Shown here piece by piece: positions 38,392 to 51,225 of a stretch of DNA of 64,000 nt. Numbering within the stretch: position 1 is the first letter of the stretch; the number at the start of each line of letters is the position of its first letter. Position numbers and translations under genes: made by a program. Under the pieces are notes generated by a model that ran no database searches, had not been told where the DNA came from, and was given only the letters and a program-made list of their open reading frames with translations. Origin of the DNA: Felis catus (Eukaryota); contig NC_058368.1 of the NCBI RefSeq assembly GCF_018350175.1, forward strand, positions 11,842,001-11,906,000. The letters are read 5' to 3'.

Positions 38392-38473
38392 AGCATTGAA
38401 TGAGATGTGGAAATGTCAAAATCTGCTCCGACATCAAGTAAAGGATTTGCTTGACTTAATTAAGCAACCCAAA
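38392..38473 (+). CDS. PDS5B: PDS5B coding exon (~14), [27 protein letters not shown]
   Basis: tttttcag acceptor, gtaagt donor, 82 nt, phase 2/0. Confidence 0.96.
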
Positions 38474-38631
38474 GTAAGTTAAATTTAATGAAAAGTTTTT
38501 CTTTGACAAGTTTTGTAAAACACCTATATTTTAGTTACTCTTCACCATTGCTACAGTGTGTTGAAATACCTATTTCTATATGGAACCATTCTACTCGAGA
38601 AGCTATGATCTCTAATTTAGAACACTGAAAA

Positions 38632-38816
38632 ATTTATTTTTATTTTTATTTGTTTTTGAGAGAGTGAAATTTCATGAGCAGGGGAGGGGCAGAGGGAAAG
38701 GGGGGAGAGAGACTCTTAAGCAGGCTCCATGCCCAGTGCAAAGCCCCAGCACAATGTCTGATGTGGGGCTTGATTTCACCACTGTGAGATCATCACCTGA
38801 GCCACCCAGGTGCCCC
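38632..38816 (-). mobile_element. Can-SINE
   Basis: TSD agaacactgaaa / agaacacagaaa. Confidence 0.88.
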
Positions 38817-39309
38817 AGAACACAGAAATTTTTAAGAAATTGATTGCGTAAAACATTTAAAATTTACATTTACTATATTTGTAAAAGATGACACCTAACA
38901 GGAAAGAGAATGTACTTCTTTGTACTCAGAATTGAAGTTCTTTTATAGTTTAAAAAACAAAACAAAACAATAACTGTCATTGAAAACATAGAAAATAGAG
39001 TAAAACTGCACTCTGTCTTGCACACTAAAATGTTCCCATCATCTTTGAATAGTCTTGTGGTTTTAGAAAATTTTAGTATCATACAATTTTAGTTAAGTAT
39101 TTTTATATTTTTACTTAAAATATCACGGTAGTTTTAATGTACTGCTTGATTTTCATAATTATAATTGTGGTGTTCACTCAGTTGATGTATTTTATTTTTT
39201 GAAATTTTACAGTGATTCTAGTTTTTTCCCCCCTTGAATATTTTTTGAGAATGTTGTATATAGGCCTGTAAAAGGTATAATTCATTGAAAAAGTACGTGT
39301 GGTCATTTT

Positions 39310-39530
39310 TTTTTTTAATTTTTTTTTTCAACGTTTATTTATTTTTGGGACAGAGAGAGACAGAGCATGAACGGGGGAGGGGCAGAGAGAGAGGGAGACA
39401 CAGAATCGGAAACAGGCTCCAGGCTCAGAGCCATCAGCCCAGAGCCTGACACGGGGCTCGAACTCACAGACCGTGAGATCGTGACCTGGCTGAAGTGGAC
39501 GCTTAACCGACTGCGCCACCCAGGCGCCCC
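39310..39530 (-). mobile_element. Young felid Can-SINE
   Basis: TSD cgtgtggtcatttt (39296-39309, 39532-39545). Confidence 0.96.
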
Positions 39531-41452
39531 GCGTGTGGTCATTTTAAATGACACACATAAGTGACAATATGCTGTTATGTTTTATTTCCTTTCAGTCTAT
39601 AGTGGAATGCCTCACCACCATCCCCCCCCCCAAAAACTTCCACAAAACAAAACATATACTGTGTGGTCATAGAACAGAGGTCAATAGAGAGGAGTTGTTT
39701 CATGTTAGGGCTAACAGTAATCTCTTTGCTTCTGGTTTATTGAACATAACATAATCTCTTTGATTATTGAGTATATTGAACCTGCTAGAATTACTTTTTT
39801 CTTATTATAAATGACTTAAAACTAATATTAGTGTGATTCTGCTATTGCAGTATTTTCTCTGCCAACTAGCAAAATTGGAACATTCCATTTAAGTTAGTAT
39901 GCTTCAGCCAGTAAACATGTGTTTCAGTTAATGTTCTAATGAGATAAGTTAGTGTATTTTAGTTAATAAGCTCTGGATAATGTTCTCTTATTTGCTGTTT
40001 AGAGCTGTATTAATTTACTTCCTTTTGGTCAAAGTTGCATGGTTAACCAAAAATATGAGATGTTTTCATGTGCATGTAAATAAAATTATTCCTGATTTTA
40101 GGCATTATTGAAGTCATAATAGCCAAGTAGTATATTAAGTGTGCAGGTCATATGTTGAACAGCATGATGTATGAGACTAATAAAAAAAAAAACTTTGTTC
40201 TTGACTTTCACTGTCCTTTTAAAATTTATTTAGTGGGACCTTCTTTTCCCTTGCCGGTTGATAACAAGTTGGGAGGGTCTTATAATTTCATTCTCATGTG
40301 AAATAACAAAATATAGTCTCAATTGAGTTAAAATGTTTTAATGTCTTCTACCTAGTGGAATTTTCCTTTAACTTGTCTTAAAATAATTACTGAGTTATCC
40401 AGGTTAAAGAGGAAATTCTCATTAATGTGTCAGGTTGAAGAAGAAACCAAATAGAAGATAGTACCTCACTTTATACTGAGAATTATAGTAGACATTATAG
40501 AGTTAAGGGTAGAAAAAATTCAAAGCTATATTTAATTTTTGGGTGTTTATATTCCTCTTTTACTAGGAAGACTCTTAGTAATCAGTATGTTTTTTTGCAT
40601 TTTTCCTTATTCAGTCTGATAAAGGTAGTTTTTATTCCTATTTAGTTCAGCAGTATAGCCCTTCTTCTCTATGTAACTAAATTTAGATTTGCTCAGTGTC
40701 ACACAAAGGGACATAATTTCTAGTGTTGTACTTTTGTTGATACTCTTTCCTTTTCATGTGGATCAACTTCTTGAAAGCCCAGCAACACCTGCTTCCCCCC
40801 AATTAAACAATAGAATCTTTTGATTCTAGACAGATTTATTCAAATGCTTTAAATTCCAAATATTTGGGAATTAACTCTTGAATTCTGTGTTTTGTATCTT
40901 ACTTTCTCATAGCAAGCTTCTTCTAACTAGGGATGATTTTTTTATTTTATTTTTTGCCTTCACTCCAGTATTTTTCTGGTTCAGTATATTATACAGAGTT
41001 GCTGAATGACACCTTAAAAAAAAAAACAACACTAACTTGATGCATTGAATAACTAGCACCTTTAGAAACATTTTTTACACATACGACTTTACAGACTGTA
41101 TTACATGAAGCACAATATGGTGACACGTTGATTTACTGAAATAGTGTTCATACAGCAAATAAACAGCACTCTTGGAAGAATCTTTTGTACATGTCAGTGG
41201 TGTTTTTGTAATGGTCTATATCTAGTTCTTCCCCATAAGCTGCATGACTATGCCTTACAATCCTCTGGCTTAAAAATTTTAGGAAGGCCTTAAGTCAACC
41301 GGCATTATATCCTTATCAACTTTTTGTTTGAGATAAGCTTAAAAACTTGAAAACCAGGTTATTTTATTCCTTTTCTAATCTAAGTTGCCCTGTTCTTTCA
41401 CTACTAAAGAAAGCAAAATCTCTCCCTGTTTCTAAAGGTTGGTACAACAGTC

Positions 41453-41492
41453 TTTTGTTTGTTTGTTTGTTTGTTTGTTTGTTTGTTTGTTT
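41453..41492. repeat. (GTTT)n microsatellite
   Basis: Seen directly. Confidence 0.9.
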
Positions 41493-41714
41493 GGAGGCTG
41501 ACCAAACAGGGTGAGGGAAGAGATGGTGACAACAGAGCATTCACTTCCACTTTCATCCACTTTGTGGAGTTTGAACCTAGTTCAAGAAGGAGCTCACAGT
41601 GGTGGTGGTCAGGGTGTGGGCCTGGAACATTAGTAGGTTATTCTCTAATTTTCTGAAGGGTATGATGAAGATTATTAGGAAATACTAATTTTGTGTTTTT
41701 TGTGTGATTTACAG

Positions 41715-41763
41715 ACAGATGCCAGTGTCAAGGCCATATTTTCAAAAGTGATGGTTATTACAA
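41715..41763 (+). CDS. PDS5B: PDS5B coding exon (~15), TDASVKAIFSKVMVIT(R)
   Basis: tttacag acceptor, gtaagt donor, 49 nt, phase 0/1. Confidence 0.95.
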
Positions 41764-43967
41764 GTAAGTTATTTCAGATATTATATGTAAAATTGAAGGT
41801 TTAATTGAAATATTTGTTTTTGATAATTTGTTTTCATGGAGTTCCACTTTAGGCTCTGATAATACAGGAAAAGAGTCAAGTGTTTTTGATTGTTGTTTAA
41901 CAGACAACTCAGCTTCAGCTTTTCTTGTTCTCTGATTCTCATTTATTTTGCTACACAGAATTTTTCTTTTTCTTTTGTGTGTTGGAATGAACAAATGCTG
42001 GAGAAAGGATTTATTATATAAATATGTTTTGGGGAATTCATTCAAATTATTGCATAACCTTGCATGAAAACGGAATCTTTTCCTTGGTGTTGCTTGCTTT
42101 AATGTGAATCTGTCTGAAGCTAATTTCATTCTGAGCCAAAATTTAGAGGAAAGGGTATACCTAATAACCACAAAAGAGCTTCTTTGGGGGGAAAAAAAGT
42201 ACCGATTTGCTTTTTTGCTTTCAGTGATTTCAAATAAAATGTTATTGCACTTGACAGTCAATACAAAAGGATTGTGTGGCACATCTCCTTTGTTTAGTGC
42301 AAGGATAGGGCAGTGTAGCTGTTTTTGTATGGCAGTTGCTTTTCCACCCACCTCAGAGATCACTGTGTAGCATAGCACACGGACAGACGGAAAATCAGGT
42401 AATGCTTCTGCTGAGTTTCCACTTGGTAGTAGTGAACAGATTTATCTTAGATGGATTTCTGAGATGTTAACAAATATTTCAAGCTGTGTATGGAAGTAAT
42501 GCTCAGGTTCTGAAGAGAACAGTAACCTAATTAACTGAATTTTAGACTAAGTGATAGGATTTTTGGCATGAGTACGGGTTTAAGACCAAAGTATCTTTTA
42601 GTTTTGGGCAGTTAAACATAAATTAGTTTTCAGTCTCTTTGGATAACCTTAAAGCAAGTGATTTTCTGGTATTGGTTTTTAATAACTATTTCCTCAGTAG
42701 TTTGGCTGTGGCGCTGTCTCTTAAAAGGAGATATCTCCTATATTTTTTCTATATTTTACCCCTGTTTTCCCAAATTCTGTTCTGAGGAAGGCTGGTATCT
42801 TGAAGGTGTTAATAGTACTGTTAGAAAAAAAGGTTCCATGGTCAAGTATGTTTGTAGAATGTTGAAATACAGGTTTTTTGTTTCCTCCCTCTTTTCTAGC
42901 TCTGTCTCCTCCTCCCCCATTTCCCATTTCCCTCTTCCCTCTTCCCTCTTACCTCATTCTCATTCTTTTTGTTTCTTAAATGGTAGATTTTATTGTAGCC
43001 TTTAATACGATACTTACACATTATGGAGGGGCTGTAAAGTTATATTGTCCAAAATTATTTGAAGACACTACAGTAGATTTTTTTTGTATTATAGAAACAT
43101 GAAAAAGTCAGATAGTCAAATATTAATAATTAATTAATAATATAAAAGTATTAATAGATAGTCAAGATTAATAGATCCTCATTGATCTAGCCAAGACTTG
43201 AAATGGAATTTCAAAGTTGTATATGAACTTAAAGACTGCATTCATGTTTTAAGATTTAGTTGAGTTTCTACAACTTTTATTACAGTCCGTGGTTCTGTAT
43301 TATAATTTCTGTTATTAGAAGTATCCTAGTCTGGTCCTCTGTAACATTTGTGAATAATTAAAAAAAAAATAGACACTAGGATTAGCATTTTACTAGCTTT
43401 CATAAGTGTTTTAATACATGGAAAAGTTAGGAGAGTAGTATAAAAATCATCTTTGATTCTATGAGGACTCATCCTTTCTCATGCAATCATAACATCCAGC
43501 AGCAATACCTGAAACTGTTACTCAGTGTGTGTCATCGACAGATAGCCATGTGTATATGAACCGGATGGTTTTAACAGTAACTCAGTATAGGAGAATAGTT
43601 TCTTAAAGGTGAAACTTACTGATCTCTTTCTGTGAGTTACAAGAGAACAGTATACACAACAAACTCGAGACAGTAATAAATTGGTATCTTCAGGTGGACA
43701 TTTAATGCCCTTAAATATTATAAGGGGTATTTAGAGTCAGTTCAGTCTTTCCCTACCAAGATGTTTTTCACAGTGTTCTTGTTTCCTGTTTCTAGAAAGC
43801 AGAATTTAGGGAAAATTGACTACTGAGGTTGATCCACAATTTCTAATTAAACTAAACAGAATTTGTAAATTAGGATTATTAAAGTAATAAGAATGAAGAA
43901 CGTTGATCTTCTGTTATTTTGAGAAATTTCTGAAATAGCATTTTAATTGGATTTTAATTGATTGAAG

Positions 43968-44107
43968 GAAATTTGCCAGATCCTGGTAAGGCTCAGGATT
44001 TCATGAAGAAGTTCACACAGGTGTTGGAAGATGATGAGAAAATAAGAAAACAGCTGGAAGTACTTGTTAGTCCAACATGCTCCTGCAAGCAGGCTGAAGG
44101 CTGTGTG
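43968..44107 (+). CDS. PDS5B: PDS5B coding exon (~16), [10 protein letters not shown]...CKQAEGCV
   Basis: attgaag acceptor (weak pyrimidine tract), gtaagg donor, 140 nt, phase 1/0. Confidence 0.95.
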
Positions 44108-45411
44108 GTAAGGGAAGACGATCAGAAGAGCTAATGTTTCAAGAAACCCTCACATCTTTTTTTGACCCTTTTTATAAAATAATTTATATTTGTTGGGTAA
44201 AATTTAGAAAATATCACAGAAATGACAGTACAGATAAACTGTAACCCCCGTGTAGAGACAATTGCTGTTAATACTGTAGGATGTATCTTCCAAAATAAGA
44301 TATTATCTGTACAGCTTTGTGCATTTTACTTATTTTTATTAGTTTTTTGCAGCATTAATAGCAACATAGCGTACCATTGAATTGAACAATCCACTTATGT
44401 TACACATTGAGATTTTTTTCCCCAGTTTTTGTTTAAAGAACACTTTAATATCTTTATAGCTAAATCATTTTACACAGCCTTGATTATTTCTTTAGGATAG
44501 ATTCAGTGTTGGATTCTGTCATTGTTGGAAAGAAGCAAAACTCAAAACATAATTATTTTGGTGGGATTTGTAGTTGTGGTTCCTGGTCATTTGACCATTT
44601 TTTTTCTCCTTGGGCATATTAGCCATTTATGTTTTTTTGTGTATTGTATGTTTTTAATCTTTGCCTATGGAATGACATTTATCTTTGTCCTATTGATTTG
44701 TTAATCATATATGTTAATTAAGCTGCAAATAATTATCTGTCATTTATAGTCTACCCTTCCGTTTTGATTTTGATGTTCTTTATATACCATAGTTTTATTT
44801 TTATCTAGCTAAGTCTATCAGCAGACTCTTTAAGGTTTTTGCCTTTTGTGTCCTGCTTTCAAAACCCCATTCTATCGCAAGTCAATGAAAATATTTACTG
44901 ATGTAAGGATTTCTCAGTCTGTTGCCAGTGCATCTTCCGAGAGGTTTTTAATAAAGAGAAAACGATGATTCTTGTCTCCACCCCAGATTGACTAATCTCC
45001 TCAGTGAGGTCCAAGAATCTATAGTTTTAACAAGCTTCCTTGATTATATTACTCTTGGAAGTATTTATCTCCACTGACCCTTGGTTTTATTCTTTTGTAC
45101 TTGTTCTATCTTTTTGGAATGTTTTTGGTATAGAGTATGAGATAGGGATCTGTCTCTTTATTCTGTATGTCTGTTCAGTTATTTCAAAACAGTATATTGA
45201 ATAATCCATCTTTTTCCTGTTAGTTGAAATGTTACCTCTCTCATATGCAAAATTCTTAGTTTTGTTTGCTCAATTCATGCAATTCCTGTTGATTTTCTTA
45301 TTCCAATACCAGTATTGCATGATTTTAATTACTTTAGGTCCTAAACATTTTAATGTGATGTATTTATTTAAACAAATTTTTGTAATATTTGAAAAAAAAT
45401 CTACCTTACAG

Positions 45412-45527
45412 CGTGAAATAACTAAGAAGCTGGGCAACCCCAAACAGCCTACAAATCCTTTCCTGGAAATGATCAAGTTTCTCTTGGAGAGGATAGCACC
45501 TGTGCACATAGATACTGAATCTATCAG
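45412..45527 (+). CDS. PDS5B: PDS5B coding exon (~17), [10 protein letters not shown]...HIDTESI(S)
   Basis: ccttacag acceptor, gtattt donor, 116 nt, phase 0/2, within ORF 45229-45597. Confidence 0.96.
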
Positions 45528-46161
45528 GTATTTGTATATAAAAATACTAAATTTTCGTTACTATTCATTCATTCATACTTCAGTCAGTTGCTTTTGAGTA
45601 CCTGCTATACACAAGGCACTTAACTGTGTAGATTTTTTGTATATGTAAAATGGTTATATACGAATCTATATATGTCTGTACATCTGTCTGTTCATATATA
45701 TGTGTGTGTAATGTATGTGTACACACTGATCTGTACATATCTGTGTATATTTATCTTGTTATTTATTTTAATGTTAAATATTACTTCCATTTAGATGAGA
45801 AAATGTCATTTTAAGCCTAGTTTCTGTTACCAGTATACCAGGAATTACTCTTTTTAGGTAGCTTGAATAGGATAAGTAATGCAGACAACTTGTAATTATG
45901 CCCTCAGGAAAAGAAAATTAGGTGAATATGTTGTAAAGCAGTATATGACGCATTTTCACAGATATTTGAGAACGCAAAGTGTTATTTTTAAAACAATACT
46001 CACTTCCGCTTATATATCACCTAACTGTGACATCTTGGAAAATACTTTTCTTTTTATGACTGTATTCCCTTAGGTAAAATGTTTTGTTTTGTTTTGTTTT
46101 GTTTTTTTTAAACATTTTCCTAAAATGTTTCAACTGGTTGAAAAAAGAAAGCACTTATAGA

Positions 46162-46162
<1 letters not shown>

Positions 46163-46201
<39 letters not shown>
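46163..46201. repeat. (TG)n microsatellite
   Basis: Seen directly. Confidence 0.95.
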
Positions 46202-46204
<3 letters not shown>

Positions 46205-47594
46205 CACACATACACGCATACATACATTCATTACATTCTGATTTACTGGTCATCAGTAAATGAGATATATTACAGTCTACACTAAATAATACCATCCTGT
46301 ACTCAGTGAACCCTTTTGGGGGATTTTTTTGTTTGTTTGGGAGGGTAGAAGGTGTAGCTTTTGGACTGTGATCCCCTGCAAAGTAGGGAGACACCACTTT
46401 GGATACCCTGTAGTCACTTTGGATTCCTCTTGCATCAGTTTTCATTTGAAGAAGGGTTTCTATGGTTTTAAAACAAACAAAAAAAAATCAGACCCCTCTA
46501 TGTTAGTACTGAATCAGACTGAAATTCCTTATTTAAGTAAATAATCTCATGCTTTCTATACTCAAGGCAATGCTAGTTACATACTAGCAAACCATACTTT
46601 TTGTTTTTCATTAACCCTCTGTTTGGTAATGGAATAAAGAGTTTTAGCTGAGAGATTATATTATAGTTTCATAAAATTAATGCAGACAGTGTTCAGAAGA
46701 CTCAAGGATTTCTCTAAGAGAGTAGTATTTGACCTAAGAGGAAGAATGTGTAAGATTATGTTTTTATGGAGGTGGGAGAAAGAATATTCTAGGCACTGAG
46801 GTTAATATAAACCAAGCTAGCTGGATAGGGAAAAAAAAAAAAGGGATATTTAGGAAATGATTGCCATCCATTTAAACTATAGTGTGGAAAGGTATAGAAA
46901 TATTATGAGATAATGCTAAAAAAGGAGTTGGGATCAGATTGTGGAAAGCATTTAAGGTATAACTTTAGAGCTTTTACTTTAGTCTGTTGAGAACAGTGGA
47001 TGATTAATGATGGGTAGGAGGAAGGAAGTAGAAGGGATAGACTGTAAAGTGTTATAAATTTTGGATGCTGGTAGTGGAATGGAAAGGAAAGATTATATTT
47101 GGGGAAGGTTTTAAAAGAATGGGTCATCTTACTGGAGATGGGAATAAAGTTGAGGAGTCAAGTCTAAGAACTCAAGTTCCAATGAAGCACATAGTAATAA
47201 CTTTGAAAAGAATTAAGGGAGCTCATGTGCTTCTTACTTGGACATGACCAAAAAGTTCTTTAAAAATCAAGGAAAATTGAGCTTAATGTGAAACTGTGAT
47301 AATGGATTCTTTCCCTGGGCAAGAGATTGTATAGAAAGAAGTAAAAAGATAAAAAGATCATGGACAGAACCTTGGAATTTTGTTTAACAGTAGAAAAATT
47401 ACAGGAATGTAAGAACACCAGGTTTTTGTAGTGTTTTGAAAGATAAGTGCGAGAAAGTTTTCACAAATAATGTGTACCATGAACATTCTGACTGAGAATC
47501 AAAATAGGTCTTTGGCTTTATTGTCAATAGGTCATAGTGATACAGAAAATATATCAAAACATAAATAACAGTAACAGGTAGTAGCAGTTAGTCC

Positions 47595-47810
47595 TTATAA
47601 AGTGCCTGGGATGATTCTAAATGTTTATCTCTTTTGCTCATTTACTTCTTAACCATATGAGACAAGAAATGTTATCATTTCAAATTTATAGATAAGGAAC
47701 AGTGAGTTACACAGATGTTGAATAATTTCCCCACTGCTAGGAAGTGGCAAATGACATTGTAACCCAGGAAGTTTGGTTCCAGAGTCCTCTTGGTTAACCA
47801 TCACACTATA
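47595..47810 (-). mobile_element. MIR
   Basis: tttatagataaggaac...ctaggaagtggca...aacccaggaagtttggttccagagtcc...ttaaccatcacacta. Confidence 0.72.
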
Positions 47811-49533
47811 TATGTCTCAGATTCCACTCTTAGTCCCCACCAGTAGTCAGTGAGTGTCAGTTCACCTAACTCTTCCTGCTAGAGTGGCTATTAACCTTTT
47901 TAGTCCTTGCCATTTTACAGGTGAATGATGATCTTCTTTTTTAAAAACAATGTGTCACTAATAAAGTTGAACATTTTTTCCCCCATATATTTCTTGGTTA
48001 ATTGCTTTTTAAAATACTTTTCTATGAGAGACTTGGAGAAGTTGTCTTTTGCTTATTGGTTGTAAGAATCCTTTATAAAATAAGGCCATTAACTTAGTTC
48101 TATTGCCTTTCAAATTTGTATAAATTATATATAATTAAATCTGTCATTTGTTTCCTTTATGATTTTTCTGCCTTTGGTATCGTATTAGGTGGTTATGTTT
48201 TTTCTGTTTAAATCTTTAATTGGTCTGGAATTCATTTTAGTATAATGTGGAAATAGATATCCATCCTTTAAATGCTAGCTGTATCAATTCCATTTATTGG
48301 AAGATTCTTCCCTTCCCAATTTTGATTTAATGTTTCCTTATTATAGCATAAATTTTTGTATGATTTGGATTCTTAATGAATTTTCAATTTGGTTCCTTTG
48401 TCTTCTGAAGTTTTAATGATACTTTTTATCTTGTTGAGAAAGTTCTTTCATCCTCCCCCCACTAAAATTAATTGGCTGTTCCCAAACCTTAATTGATTTT
48501 TCCAGTTGAGCCATAGAATGAATCTGTTGAATCTTCTTTACCAAGTTGTGTTGCCCTGATACATTTGTAGATTTAGTGAAAAATGCCATTTGTATAATAT
48601 TGTGTTCCCATTTTATAAAAAGACTTGTTTTGGTTTATTCAAATCCCTGTGCTCCCTTCATATAGTTTTAGAGTTTACACATAGATTCTGTGCATTTATA
48701 ACTTTTTATTTTATGTATTTTGACTTGTCGTTGTGAATAGATTTTCCCTGTCTGTATTTTATAGGTGGCTTTGGCTGATAGAGAAAAGCACTGTTGATTT
48801 TTTTGTGTTTTGTTAGTGTCACGTCACTGAACTCTCAGTATTTTTTAATAGTTTTTCAGTTGATTCTCTTTGGTTTTCCAAAGAGGTTGATGCTTTTTCT
48901 CACAGATTTTTATATGACTGGCTCTTGTTCTTTGGTTCTTAGCTCAGAAATGCCTTTCCTGACTATGCTGGGTAACGAACTTCACTTCTTGTCTTTGCCT
49001 TCTTTCTAATCTTTGTTGTTCCCTGATTATATTTTCTCTGTATTTGTTTACTTATTTTTGGCCTTCCTTCACTAGACTGAGAGCTTCATGCCCTTAATCA
49101 TGGAAGAAAATAATGAATTTGATTTTGGATAGGTGGTATTTTTCATTCCTGTGGGATGTCTAGGTAAAAACCCTTGGGGCCCCTGAGATAGTTTTATTCG
49201 GGATAGTTGGAGCTATGAAACACAGTTAATCAATAGATCAGCCACTAAGAGGTGATAAATTTTAAGGAGACCCTGAAGGGGGACAGATAAATTTGACTCG
49301 TAGCTTGAACTTAAATTTGAGTACATAATATTTTTGTAGAAATATAGAGCTACTAAGCATTTTAAGGAACATTGAACAGTTGAATTTTCCTGCTTTTGAT
49401 ACATACTATGTCTCTACCCTTAGTGTATGTTGTTTGGTTTTTATAAAAAGAATGCCTGAAAGTGTGAGTGATTATTTTAGATAATTGACATTGCATTATA
49501 AATGTTTATTTTAAAATAACAAACTTGTTTTTA

Positions 49534-49755
49534 GGGGCGCCTGGGTGGCTCAGTCGATTAAGCATCCAACTTCGGCTCAGGTCATGGTCTCGCAGTTTGT
49601 GGGTTTAAGCCCTGCGTCGGTCTCTGTGCTGACAGCCTGGAGCCTGGAGCCTGCTTCAAATTCTGTGTCTCTTCCTCTCTCTGCCCCTCCCATGCTCATG
49701 CTCTGTCTCTCACTGTCTCTCAATAATAAATAAACGTTTAAAAAAAATTTAAAAA
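49534..49755 (+). mobile_element. Can-SINE
   Basis: 21-bp TSD aaaata(a/g)caaacttgttttta (49513-49533, 49756-49776). Confidence 0.95.
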
Positions 49756-50370
49756 AAAATAGCAAACTTGTTTTTAGAAGAAAATTCAAAGCATTTTGTT
49801 TCCTTTTTAATCTATTTTAATTTCTAATGAAGTTTTATTATAGGTCTATTATCTAGGTATTTCTACACCTTTCAGGAACAGGCCTGTGTGTTTCTGGCTC
49901 TTAACAACAGTACTGACACATAGTAATATTTGGCAAGTGCTTTTGGCAATATTTTGGCAAGTAATATTTGAAAGTGCTTAATGTTGCCGTTTATCCTTTA
50001 TTTCAATATACATTGTGGGACTTCTGGAGCAATAATGAATTTTAGATAATTAGAAGACATCTGTTTATGTGTTTAGGCATAGATTTTCTATGGAAAATGC
50101 AAGAATAAAAATATAGATAGCGTTAATAAACAGCAAATCAGATAACATTTGGACTTCATTTGAATGGACGGGAAAATACTGTTTTGAAAACAAGTGCCTC
50201 AAAATACCTATTAAGTTTTTTTGTTTTGCAGTAATGTTTGGGAAACAACTATATCAGATTTTTATGTGTTTGGATAGGGTCTATATAGAAAATATTCAGG
50301 ATTATTTTTCTTAGACATTGCTACTAAAGGCCACTTGAAAATATGACCGTCTTTTTCCCTCATACTTTAG

Positions 50371-50476
50371 TGCTCTTATTAAGCAAGTGAACAAATCAAT
50401 AGATGGAACAGCAGATGATGAAGACGAGGGTGTTCCAACTGATCAGGCCATCAGGGCAGGTCTTGAACTGCTTAAG
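50371..50476 (+). CDS. PDS5B: PDS5B coding exon (~18), [10 protein letters not shown]...AGLELLK
   Basis: tactttag acceptor, gtaagt donor, 106 nt, phase 2/0. Confidence 0.96.
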
Positions 50477-51097
50477 GTAAGTCTGCATGTGGTGAAATGA
50501 AGAGCCTCATCAGGTGACTGCCGAATATGTATAGTATATGTTTTGTGTGCTTCAGACTTGCTTCTTAAGTTTATAGAACCTGAAGTAAAATTTCTCAATC
50601 ATTTTAGGTCATGTAGAAATGCCTCATTTCCTCTAACATGTAAGCTAAATATTTTAAGGTTTAAATTGTATAATATAGCCTAGTATTATTACACTAAAAT
50701 AGTGAGTTATACTTAGAAGTTGTCATCAGGAAGCAAAGATGGAGCCAAATTCTTCCTAAAACTTCATTTTACCTTTTATTTTGTTAGTTAAAATAAGCTA
50801 CTGCCTTGTACTTATTACAAAAATACCAGTTAATTGTTGACAACTTAGAAAGTATAAAATTATAAAGAAGAAAACTTTCATAAGCCTATCATACATAAAC
50901 ATTTCTTTTGTTTCCCTTTTAATCTTGAAAACAATGCACACTTTATATAGTTGAGATTAGACTGAGTGTATAGTTTTATATCTTGACTATTTTCCCTGAT
51001 TAAATTACAAGCATTTTTTCAGTGGTTTTTAAGATAGTGTTTTTAAGAGTGCCAAAAAACATATCTGATTTATGGCTGTTATTTATTTGATGGATGC

Positions 51098-51225
51098 GTT
51101 TGGGTAAGTTCATTGCCTCCGCTTCCTTATCTGTAATGGAGATAATGATAGCACTTATCTCACAGAACACTAAATTAAACCATGTACGTAAGTTTCTTAG
51201 CACAGTGTCTGGCTCATATTAAGAA
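51098..51225 (+). mobile_element. MIR fragment
   Basis: ttccttatctgtaatggagataatgatagcacttatctcacag...cttagcacagtgtctggc. Confidence 0.75.

Noticed and set aside
41758..42378. Longest ORF in the track (206 aa, minus strand)
   Set aside because: No recognisable protein similarity, a non-ATG start and no supporting gene structure. It is probably chance open reading antisense to the intron.
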